The notes under the pieces were generated by a model that was not told the DNA's origin, did no database searches, and was given only the letters and a program-made list of their open reading frames with translations. From the NCBI GenBank assembly GCA_036172245.1, contig JAYWIR010000003.1, positions 62,001 to 126,000 on the forward strand: DNA of 64,000 bases, in the 5' to 3' direction. The DNA comes from Raillietiella orientalis. Taxonomy: Eukaryota. Shown piece after piece: positions 1 to 11,600 of the stretch (position 1 is the stretch's first letter; each line of letters starts with the position of its first letter). A program made the position numbers and the translations under genes.

Positions 1-899
1 CACTTAAGCAAAAAAAAAGAAAGAGCAAGAAGAAGATGGAGGCGATAATGCTATCTCTTGATGGGAACATCAGTGATTGTGCGTCGTAAATTCTTGTGGA
101 TGAGCAAGGCTTGGAAAGAAAGGAAAAAAAATAAAAACGAGCGAAGAAGAAAACATTAATAAACATGTCAAGCGCGGAACTTTTCTGCTCTGGGCAAATC
201 TATTAAACTTCGTCCGCATTACGCGTGCATCGGTAGGGGCTGGTGGAACGGTAAGAGAGGAAGAAAAGGAAAAAAAAAAAAAAAATGAAATCATTAATTC
301 CCGAGGATCAACACGGTCTGCGATGGTATAGAAGTCGGCCCACGGGTGCCATGTGAATTAGCATGATCTTGGGAGATGCATGACTTGTCAGGTGTGTCTC
401 CACCGGCGGGCCAGCGTTTCCTCGTGTTTGCTCTTTCGTAGTAGGGCAGTCATCTATCAGAATGCGGAATGGGGAACCCCGTAAACTTTGCGAGAGAGCC
501 GGAGTCGCTCTTCCTTTCTTTCCTCCCGTTCCTTCTTGTTCCCAGGGTGCCGTTCCTCGTCTCGTGAGTCTCGCTCGCTGTTACCAACCGTGAAATCCGC
601 GTGCAGCGCAGCGGGCGCGCGATCCGCGTCGAACGGGCAACGCAGAACGGAACCGCGGAGGGGAGTTCGTCACGGGTGGGAACGCGGAATCGACGCTTAC
701 AGAGCGAGCAGACGCCGCGCACCTCGAATTTGCTGCTGCTGACCTCATTCGGTGCGGCGTCGGATGCGCTTATCGGGGGGCGGGGGGGTTCCGTAGCGAA
801 CCCTTCCAACGCCCACCCACCCTTTGGACTCCCCCCCCCCCTGTACCCGGTTTCTGGACCAGGGCCTCGCGAGTCGGCCGTTCTCCAGCGCCTCCCATA

Positions 900-1450
900 G
901 CCAGGGGTGATGGTGGTGCGTGACCGCCGTCTTCGCCTTTCGCCTCATCGCGGCGGTGCTTTCCCCCCGCGCCCATTCGCTCGGACTGCGGGTGCAATCG
1001 CGAGAGCACTTTGCAGCCTGGGAGTCGAACGCAGGAGGCTCACTTGAAGTCCCACTCCCGGAGGGACGCCGAAACGTCCGCCGTCAGCTTGTGTGCGCTT
1101 CACCTCGGGGGCAGGTCCACCGCCTCGTCGTTGGCCGACTCGACGGTGGCGCAGGTTAAGCCTGCAGTGCCGCAGGCCCGTAAAGCCCTCGCGTGAGCCG
1201 AGCCGCCCAGTCTCGGCCAGATAGGGATGCAGTCTGTCGGATGTCCCGCAGGCTCGGAGCAGATGCCGGAAGAGGACGAAACCCGCGGGACCGTGCAGGA
1301 GAGGAAGGGTACGCCGAGGTCCCAAGAGAAGCATCCCGATGGCTCCTGCCAGGATGCGCGTAACGATCCATGTTGTGGTCAAGAGTGGACTCGAGATGGG
1401 AAGAGTGTTTGCAGGGGCAGCGTTCGTCTCTTTGGCGGGGACTTGTGACG
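900..1450 (-). mobile_element. Possible decayed LINE RT fragment
   Basis: 'IVTRILAG...AGFVLFR...EGFTGLRH' resembles RT domains 1-3 (KILAxRL, QxGFVPGR, KAFDxVxH). Confidence 0.3.
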
Positions 1451-1599
1451 AGTGCAGCTGCGGAGGAGGAGTTGTTGGCTTCAGCTGACGGCGGAGAAGC
1501 AGGGAAAGATAATTAAGGGACGATGGAAAGGGCTGAAACCTGATGCGGTGGGGTCCTCCAGGATAAGAAGAAGAGAAAGAACAGAAAGAAGCCAGAAGC

Positions 1600-2090
1600 C
1601 AAAATCATATAGAAAGATAGATGCATAGGTATGCATACATATATGCGTATCTATTTATATGCACATATGTGTGTACATATATGTGCATATATCTATATCT
1701 ATATATGTATGTGTGTATATCTATCTGCATGTATATTATGCATATCTACCTATCTGTACTTACCGATCTATCTATCTATATCCATCTACATGTAGGTATA
1801 TGTCTATATTTACATCTATCTACATCTATCTGTCTACATAGTTGTATAGATATGTGTAATATCTATGCGGATAGATATACATACATACATGTATAAATAT
1901 ATGCATGTATATATATGTATGCAAATGTGAATGTATAGAAACACAGGTTAGGTACATAGAGATAGCAATACATACGTATATCTATCCATATCTCTGTATA
2001 TGCATACATACATACGTATGTGTGGCTATATCTATATGTGTGTATGGTGTGTGCGTATTATGCATGTCTATACGTCTGCATCCATGGTTA
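1600..2090. repeat. AT-rich degenerate (TA/CA/TATC) simple-repeat island
   Basis: Alternating purine-pyrimidine low-complexity sequence with abrupt edges inside GC-rich DNA. Confidence 0.9.
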
Positions 2091-2610
2091 CGGATTATGG
2101 TGCAAATGCAGTTGACTGAGTGACGGATCGTTTATCGAATCGAATCGTTTAGCGTGGCGCGCGGCATTTCGTTCGGCATTTTTTGATGACGTCATCGATT
2201 GGGAAATCGGAGGATGCTTTGGTTTGATTTGTGGGCACCACTTAGGAACGAGCGGACCTGCAGCGTTCGGGAAGGGAACGGAAGCTATTTGTTTCATCTC
2301 TTCAACGGTTGCCTGCCCCCTTTTGGTGGCGCTGTGGCCTCCTCGGAGGGAGGGCCGTGTCTGCGGCCCCTGGTGCGAGCTGAATCGTCTTTCGGGGCGC
2401 ACATCGGTCCCCGGCGGGCATGGCTGGGGACGGACGGCATTCTGGCCGGGAGCGCGCGCGCGACGGCCGCGGGGGACGGGGTGGGGGGGATGTTCGAGGT
2501 GGAGCCCATCCTAGGGATCCTCCCCCTCCCTCCCTCGTCAGGCTGCTGGGGTCACGTCTGGCTCCGGACGGGGGAAGCTGCTGGCTCGCGCCTCCCACGC
2601 TGTACGAGCC

Positions 2611-5600
2611 ATGCCAGTCGGGAGGCGGCTCCCGTCGCGCAGTTCCCGCCTTCCCCGTGCCAACCGCGCAATGCGAGCGGCGAGACCTGGACTCGCTGCA
2701 CTTGGGACGCTTTCCAAATTCCAGCTCCCGTCGGAGTACTCGCCATCCCGGTTCCTCGGGAATTACGGTGGCGGCGGCAGCAGCAGGAGCACCTGCAGCA
2801 GCCCGCACCTCTCTGGCAGCAGCTCCCGGCTCTCCAAGAACTCCAGCCCGGACTACTTCTTCCACGGCGATGACAATATGATCGGCTTCTCCAACGGGCC
2901 GGAGATGTTCTCCCGGTTCGACCTCCACGAGAAGTTCCCCCGGGTAAGCCTTCCTGCCCTTTCGCGTCCCGGGGCGGGTCGCGCGGCCGCCGCCGCCGCT
3001 GCAAGACCCACGCTCGAGGGAAGCCCGCGCTGGCGGCGCCTGGTGGTGCGGGCTCGATTCCTCCTCCTGGAGAAGCATCGACACCCCAAGAAGTGGAGGG
3101 GGGAGGGTCGACGGTTTCATTCCCCCCCTGCAGGATGGCTCTAGTTGGCTTGCTTGGGTGCGGTGGCACCGGTGGAAGCAGCCGGTTGCCCCCGTTGACG
3201 GACCGGGGCTGGAAGCTGACTTTCTGGAGTCATTCCAGGAGTCAAGAGCCCTGCGGGGTTTCCCTCCGGTTGCTCAAAGGGAGCCGACCCCTTCTCGGGG
3301 TCGATCCCCCACCACGGACCGTGGAGCTGGTCTACACCCCCTTCGGGGGGACTCGCCTCTTCAGAGTATCAAGAAGCGAGCAGCTCTCTTCGGGGAGGCG
3401 CCCTCCAGAGAAATTCGGGAGCGCTCCTTCGGGATTCTCTTCGGAGGAGGGAATAGGGAGCGGGTTATTTTGGGGTGGGTCCCTGCGGAGAAGAAATTCC
3501 AGGATCGGGTTCCTTCCGGGTTCCCTCCGGGGAAAAAGCGAGGAGTGATGCCCTCTGGGGGTTCCTCCGGAGAGAATAAGCGGGGAGATTCCCTTCGGGG
3601 TTCCCCCTACCAAGTGCGATAAGGACGGAGCCTCCCTGGATTCCTAGCGTGGTCCCTACGAGGTCACTTCAACCCCCTCCTCTAACTTGAAGAGCCGCAC
3701 GCACTCTCTGGTGGCGTGGATGGTGGTGTCGAGAAGCTGCGTGGACGCCCCCCGAGGGGATGGGCTGTTCTTGCGCACTGCTCAAAAACCAAAGGAAAGG
3801 CCGAGAGGAAGACAGAGGAAGGAACCGAGGAAAGAATCCGAAGAGAGTTTTGGGTTCTTCCCCTCCCCCACATCCCTGTGCTCCGTTCGGACTAGGGTCG
3901 CTCCGCAGGGCGTGTGCGCCTCCCGAAGCAGGTCCGTTGCGAGGCCTCCTTTGAGGGCGACGTCCCCTTTTTCTTCCCGTCCCGCAGCGAATGGAAGGCA
4001 GGTCGCGGGGCGTCCCTTCCTCTCCCTCCGGGTGCCCCAGGGCCGGAACTTGAGAACCTCTCGCTGCCTCTTCCAGATCACCCACAAGAGGAGTTCCCTG
4101 TTGCTGGGCACGCCGAACAGGCACGCCAAGAACTCGAGCAAATGCACCTCTTCGGCGAACGAGATCCGCAACTTCAGCAGCAGCATCTCCCACTCGTCGC
4201 ACTCCTCGAGCGAGAACTGCAACTACAATCGCAGCGTTTCCATGTACAACCAGCATGTGCTGTCTCCGACCGAGGAGACCAGCCCGAGCGAGCTCAAGAT
4301 CGAGCAGAAGCGCGTCAGCTCGTCCTCCAAGACGAAGATCACCACGGACCGCTTTAGCTCCGAGGAGCAGACCGCCTCCGATGCCAGGCTCAACAAGGTG
4401 GAGGCTGGCAGCGTCAAGTTCGAGGAGAAATCGGCGTCCTCCGCTCGCAAGTCCAAGCTGGAGGTCGGCAGCGTGTCCTCCGAGGAGGCCAACAACAAGA
4501 TCGAGGTAAGGGACGGATCCACCCCGCACCCGCCCTCGGGCGCGCAGGCGGAGACGGTGCTGCTGCCCCTCCTTTTGGGGGAGGGGGAGAAGCGCGGGAG
4601 ATTTACCCCCACCCCGCAGGCGCCGGACGCGGCGGCATGCTGGCCTTCTTCCTCCCTGGGTTGGCGGACTCTTACCTGTCTCGGCTGCCCGGTGCGCCTC
4701 AGGACGAGTTCGGGATTCCTAGACCCGTTGCGGGAGCAGCACATCTCACGCGGGCAGTCGGAAACGCCCCCTCGTTGCTGACGACGTCCAGACAAGGGGG
4801 AAAAATGTGCTGTAGAGGGAGGGAGGGGTCGCGAAGCGGACGTAGTGGGGAGACTGCGCTCAGCGCGTCCACCGCCGCCACGCGAGTCGAAGACGAGAAG
4901 CCGCGGGCAGGACACTTTCAGCCGTTCTTCTTTTCTCCTCCTCCTCCCCTTCTCTTCTTCGTAGCTCCGGAGCCGCCATGGGAGGTCGCCCGCCTGCCCT
5001 CGTTCCTGCTGTCGCGGCCGCTGCCCCAGCGCGTCACGCCAGCTGAGGGCAGCGCCTGGGGGTGCTGCGGGGCGCGCCCTGTACCTGCCCGGTCTCCGCA
5101 GCCGTCGCTGGCTTCGTACGGTGTGGGCTATGAACTCTCGGAGCATCCGCCGCCAGCGCCCCCTCCTCGTGATAGAAGCTCCCGCCGCCGCAGCGCCGTC
5201 AGCCACCCGCGCTTTGGTGCTCTTCCGGCACGCCTATGACCTGCCGGATGGCGCGGCTCGCTCGCTGGCAGTCATCCCCGTCTCCTGCTGGCGGACGTGG
5301 CCAAGAAGACCGATGGGTCGGACGGCTCCAGGGAGCGAAGTTCGCGGGCGAGTGCGCCCTCAGAAGATGGCTTTTGCGGGAACACGGGGGTGGCCACTCC
5401 AGGAGCAGACTGAGAGCCGTTTAAGGCCCGGCCGCGAAAGCGGGAGGTGAGGCGGGACCTCGCCGAGCGTGCGGTCGTCATCTTCCCCGGGAGGGATGGT
5501 GGAGGGCGGAGACGTCTCCTGCTTTTCCGGACCTCTGAAAGGGCGTCCCCTCGAGCGCTCTATTAGAATGCCCCTCCCTCGCATCCGGGAAGACGGCATC

Positions 5601-8600
5601 GCTCCGCAAGCCTCTGCCGATTCCCGGAAGGGAGGAGACGCGGCGATCCGCGCCGTCCGTAAAGAGGGCGTTCCTGCCGGGGTTGCGCTGAGGGCGGCCC
5701 ACCTTCTGGGAAAGGGTGCGGCTGCCGGAGCACCGGAACGCAGCTCGGCGGATTTTCAGCTCCGGTCAGGTGACGGGTCGAGGAGCCCGGCGGCACGAAG
5801 CGGTGTGGTCCCACTCTGCTTCTCCTCCCCCCCCTCCCTCGGCCGATGTCGGGATGAGGGAGGAACCCCTATTTCCCGGGGAGATCCTGGGACGCAAAGG
5901 AGGAGGGGATCGCCTCGCAGCGGGAAGTGGGACATACCGGTCGGGGCCCGCGAGCGCGTCCTGTCAAGTCGCCCTCTGGGGCCGTCAGGTGTCTGCGGTG
6001 GAGAGCGCCTCGGGTGCTCCTTGGGCCATTCTCCGAGGAGCGCGTCTGCATCCAAACGCGCGCGATCTCCCCCGCAGGGACGAGCTGCTGCCAGGGAGAT
6101 GGAAGTACCCTGCGGCCACCTCCCCCACCGCCTTCCCGCTGTCTCCTGCCGCCCTCGCCTGTGCGGCCAGCCTGGACAGCCGGGTGCTTGCCAGAGGGGA
6201 CGACGACGACCTTGGTGAACGCAGGGCAGGCCGACCCCCTGGGAGGAGTGGGAGTCGGTCGCCAGCGGCGACCTTTGCCGGGAGGTAGGGAGGGGGGAAG
6301 GAGGGTCGCAAGGAACCGAAAGGGCGGGAGCCCTTTTCCTCCTCCTCCTCCGCGGTCCCTCGAGCGACTAGGGGTTCGCACGAGGGGTTCTTCCGGGTTC
6401 GCCTTCTCCCTATAGGCAACTCCCCACTCTGAGACGACCACGGGATCGCACCGCCTATCCATCTTACCTCGGGGGCAGGCGAGCATGATCCCAGGGAGAG
6501 AGGAAGCCTCGCTTTCCCCTCCACCTCGAGAAGGCTCGCTATACTCGGAAGCGGCCTCTCCCCCTCCCCTGGTCGGACGAAGGGGTCCACAGGGCTTCCG
6601 CTGCCTCCACAGGGCTGGAAGGGGTCAACGCGACGGTCCTACGCTGGGGACGGGTCGAGACGCCCTCCTCGACCGGACTGTGGCACGCTCGGGCCGACGG
6701 GGCAACTTCTGGTTGCGTCGCCCCCGGTGGGTGGGTGGGCGGGACTTTGCGGGATCGTTTCCTCCTCCTCCCCCGTTGCGGCGCCTCCCCTCCCTGCAGT
6801 CCGTCGGCCTCACGGCCCGGACGCGCTCGAGGTCATTTCCCAGGAGGCAGGGAGATCTACTTGCCCGCAGGGTCCTTCACTGACCCCCGAGGAACCGCTG
6901 CGGCTGAAGCCGGGCAGAGCCCCGGGGATCTCCTCCTCCCTCTCAGCTCGTCAGCAACTTCCAGGTGGTTTCCTCAGCCTCGGCGGCGCCTTCTGATCGG
7001 GATGGATGGGGAAGATGAGGCTCCCTCGTAGTCCGCTGATCCAGGGATCAGGCGAAATGTTGCCGCGGAGTCCTTGGGACCCTGGGCAGGATCGCAGGAG
7101 ACCCCCTCCCCTCTCGGTTCAGCAACGAGAGACCCGACTCCCCCCGCGGAGTCGGAGTCTCCGCTGCACGGACCGACAGATCCTCTACTTGCATGCTTCG
7201 TAGGACCGTGGGGCATCCGCCGCTCTTCGGGCACTCCAGCAAACAGGCCGTCGCTGAAGTTGTGACCGCGCAGCCCTGCTGCCCTCCGTTCCGGAGCTCG
7301 TGACCTCCCCTTTGGCGCCGTCTGCTGCTCGCTCCCCGCTCGCGATCCTTCCTGGTTCCGGGCCGTGGGCTTCGCCTGCTCATTCCCCATTCCGCAAGGG
7401 GGACGGGTGGGTCGAGATGGAGATTTCCGAGGGGAGCGCCATTCTCGTCCTCGACGGGAGGAAGGATCCAGGGATCGCCGGGGCGCACTCAATGCGCTGC
7501 CTTTCGCCTCCTCGCACCTCGCACTGCGCCCCCTCCCTTGCCAGGGGCAGCTCAATGGTGCCGGGGTTAGACCGATGGTTCGAGTGTTGCGCGCCCTCCC
7601 CCATCCCGGATTCCTCCCCTCGGGAGTTCAATGCGGGATGGACGCCTGCCACGGGAGCGTCGAACGCGTGCGCGCGCGCTGTCCTTGCCAGGCTCAGCGC
7701 GGTCGCTTCCTTCCGCGAGGTCGAGTAGTCGGACTCGAGGGGGATGCGCCCCTCAACCATCCAGTGCCACGTGTTTTCCGCCCTTGTTCCCCCGCATCCA
7801 GGAGGAGGCGGAGTCCCTCTGCCCGGGAGTTGTCTCAGCGTTTCCGCGCCTCTCGCGTGAAAGGGGGGGGGGCGTCCGTGCCTGCCCTGCCTCTCTCTCC
7901 CTTCCTGCCTCTCTCCTCCCTCCTCTTCTGTCTCTTCCTCCAGGAGGAGCGCTCCCTGCACGCCGGCGACACTATCACCCATGACAAGAAGACGTCCTAC
8001 CTGAATGCCTCCAAGCTGAAGACCGACAGCTTCTCCTCCGAAGAAGTGTCCGCGCAGGCACAGCGCGAGAAGCAGGTCATCAACCAGTCGTCGGGCACCG
8101 TGAACGAGTCTCAGTCACAAGCCTTGGTCAAGGAGAAGACGCTAACCGACCTGTCGACGGGAATTAGCACGAAGACTTCCGAGGTCTCGAGTCAGGTCCG
8201 TCCAGCCGCGCCCCCCTCCCCGGGTAGCACGACTTTCCAGCTCTGCTTCAGAATCGGACCCTGCTTAACAATGAAGTGACTTCCAGCAGAAGCCACTCGC
8301 AGAAGGTAACTTCCATCATCGAAGGCGCTTGGGAAGATATACTCAATCTTGAAGGTTCCCGCGACCCAGCGGGCGTCCTGTCGGACTGCTCCGAGCGGTT
8401 TGCGAGCGTCGTCGACTGGCTGAAGTCGGGAACCCCCGGCGCCGAGGGCGACGGAGCGTTCCAGGTCGTGGATCAGCTGAGCAGCATGATGGGCAGGGCT
8501 TGGAAGGTCCCCGAGCACGGGTTCGAGCTCGGGAGCAGCCTCTCGGACGTCTTGCGGGACGCCGGCGCGCTGGACCTGCTGCTGAGCAGCTGCGCATCCG

Positions 8601-11600
8601 AGGACGCCGGCGCGCAGCTCTCGTGTGCCCGCCTCCTGGAGCACTGCCTGACCCCGGCCAACCTCCACTACGTCGCCGAAAAGGGTCTGGACAAGGTGGT
8701 GCGGGTGGCGCGCCACTGTACGCGAGGCGGGCCCGAGAGCGCCCGCGTGGGCGTCGGCATCATCAAGAACCTCTTCCGAGGAAGCGAGGACGCCTGCGGT
8801 CACGCAATCCGCATGGGCGCCCTGGACGCCGTGCTGCAGGAGTGCAAGACGAACGACGTGGAGACGCTCCGGAACTGCGCCAGCGCCCTCGCGAATCTGG
8901 CGCTGCACGGAGGCAGCGAGAACCAGAGGACTATGATCAGCCACAACGTGCCCACTTGGCTCTTCCCGCTCGCTTTCCACGACGACGACAGCGTCAAGTA
9001 CTACGCGTGCCTGGCCGTCGCCTCGCTGGTGGCCAACAAGGAGATCGAGGCTGACGTCATCCGGTCCGGCTCCCTGGACCTCGTCGAGCCCTTCGTCCTC
9101 ACCCACAAGCCGTCGGAGCTGCTCGGAAACATCGTCCGCGACCCGCAGTGCCAGAGCAAGAGCTGGCTCCAGAAGCTGGTGCCCGTGCTACTGTCCGAGC
9201 GGAAGGAGGCGCGCAAGCTGGCCGCCTTCCACTTCGCCATGGAAGCAGACGTCAACAAGCGCAGGGGCCTCTCGCAGAGCATGAAGTCCATCCTCGAGGA
9301 TATCGGCGCCATCGAACCGCTCAAGGAGGTCGCCAGCTCGCCCAACGCCGCGGCGTCCAACTACGCCGCGGAGGCCCTGCGCCTCATCGACGAGGAAGTG
9401 CCGCACAAACTCAGCCAGCAGGTAGTGCTGTGGTCCGTCGAGGACGTCAAGGAGTGGATTAAGCAGGTAGGCAGGCGGGGGGCGGCGCCAGCGGGGAAGG
9501 AGGGAGGGAGGAGCAAGAGGAGGAGGAGGAACGAGGGGAAAAGGGCACGGGCTCCCAACGGATGCTTGGCGTTTCCAGATCGGTTTCAGTGATTTCTGCG
9601 AGGCCTTCGTCAGCAGCCGCGTAGACGGCGATATCCTGATGCAGCTGGACGAGGACATGCTGAAGAACGACATCAACATGAACAACGGGATCCTGCGCAA
9701 GAGGTGCGTGCCGACTCGACGACCTCTCTCGAAAGGGAGGAAGGGGGAGGGGGTCGGCGTCTTGCGGTGCGAGCTCAGGGGAGGAGGGGAGAGAAGCGCG
9801 AGAACCGTCGGCAGGAGTCCCTGCGCTCCCTCGGGCGTCCTCCTCCCAACGAACGACGGGAACCCAAGTGAATCGGGGTCCGCGGAGCATCCTCTGGGGG
9901 GCCTCCTGCGCTTTTCCCTTCTTGTTCTTGTTCTTCTTCTTCGTCATCTTGTTCCTCTTCCTCCTCTTCTTCTCCTTCCTCATGTTCTTATGCCTCTTGT
10001 TCTTGTTTCTCTTCTCCGCGCCTCCATCGCAGCGCCGCACTCTGCCGCCGCGTGCCCCGAAGGCGGGATCTTCTGCTAAGGGGATGCTGCCCCCCAGGCC
10101 GCTGCGTCTGCTCGCCGCTGTCAGGCGCCTTCCATCCGAGACCGGAACCACCTGGAGGTTCGTCCAGAACCTTCTATTTGTCCGGAAATTCGTATGGATT
10201 CTTCCCGCCGTCGTCGGGAACCCGGGATTTCGATTCCGGGCCCCGTTGGTGGCGCGCTGTTGTTACCTGGAGCTTGACTTGGAGCCCCACCCACCCGTTC
10301 GGTTTTCCCCCTCCTCAACCCCGAGTGCGTTCCCCCCCCCCCCCCTTCCCAACGTGTGACTGCTCCATGCGATCTGTCTGCCACCTTCGCGGCGGAGGAG
10401 GAGCAGTAGGAGGTGCTGCCTTTCGCGTGACCTTGCGGTGACTCGCGCGGCGGTCCGACCGGCGAGGGTCGCATGCCGAAGGAGACGAATTCGCATGGCA
10501 ACACTGACGCGAGCTCCTCTTCGCTGCGAACGGGTCGATCTCGCCGCCCGTGGTCCCCGCAGAGGATGCGCTGCCCATTTCTCGTCAGTCGTGAAGATCG
10601 GCTTCCCTTTCCTTCCCCTTGTCCTTTTTCCCGCTTCCCGGATGGATATCCTCCTCCTGGGGACACCTGACTATCCTGCCCCGTGTTTTCGGCGTTCAGT
10701 GCTTTCGGAGTTGGCGCAGGAGCCACCGAGCTCCCAACCCTTTCGCGATGCAGAAGGTCACCGCCGACCTCCCTCTCTGTTCTGGATCAGCACGGAGTCC
10801 CGCTCCCTCCGGCGTGGCGGCGACTAGGAGGGTCTCCTCACGCCTCTGCTGGCGCGGGGCCCCCGATCCGCGCGATTCCGGCGGCAAGGAAGGGGCGACG
10901 ACCACTGCGGCCGAACAAAGTCGATTCGCCCCAGAAGGCGGAGCTGTAAGCGGGTTCTTCAGATCTCCGGTCTCTTCTTCTTCCTCCTCCTCCTTCTTTT
11001 TCGTCTTTTTGTTCTTGTTCTTCCTCTTCTCCTTGGCGCGCTCCTCATGCGCGGTCCTCCGCCTCCGTTTTCCGATGAATTCGGCCTGAGGCAAAGGGTG
11101 CAAGGCTTCCGGCATCCGGAAAGCGTTCGTCCCCTCTTCCCGGACGGTAAGTGGGCGCGAGTGCAGAAAGTGGGGAGGCACCTGTTCCTTCAGGCACGGG
11201 ACAGGGCTAGGAGGCAAAGTCCCCCTGGACCTACCGCGTGGCAGGGACCTCGGTTCACCTGGACGCCCCGGAAATCTTCCTTGCTCTTGGGCAGTGATGC
11301 CCTCTCTCCGTTGTTTCAGTCCTCCCTCGTCTCCGCGCGCGCGCCGACCTCTTGACCGCGTGCCGTGGTCATCACGCCCCCGCCTCCTCCCGAGAGCTGC
11401 TTTCTTGTCTTTTCAGGAGGCTCCCTTCGGCGCACTCGGTGTTCCTTTGCTTCCCTGGCTGGGAAACACCGCAGTGGTCTCTTCCTGCTCGGGGTGAGGC
11501 TTAGATTCCCGTGGCTCCGCGGTCGACGCCGCTGCGGTTGCCGGCCGCGGTCTTGCGACGAGGAGCCTCGGAAGGTTTCTGCCATGGTTGTCGCTTGCGC

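Noticed and set aside
2185..2196. CRE/ATF palindrome GATGACGTCATC upstream of SARM1
   Set aside because: TGACGTCA also occurs at about 9053, 18344, 55988 and 58278 in non-promoter contexts, and the transcription start is unknown.
3330..3610. CRISPR-like repeat-spacer array or prokaryotic TIR (Thoeris-like) defence system
   Set aside because: The repeats are degenerate subunits of a SINE with no cas genes nearby, and the TIR gene is a spliced animal SARM1.
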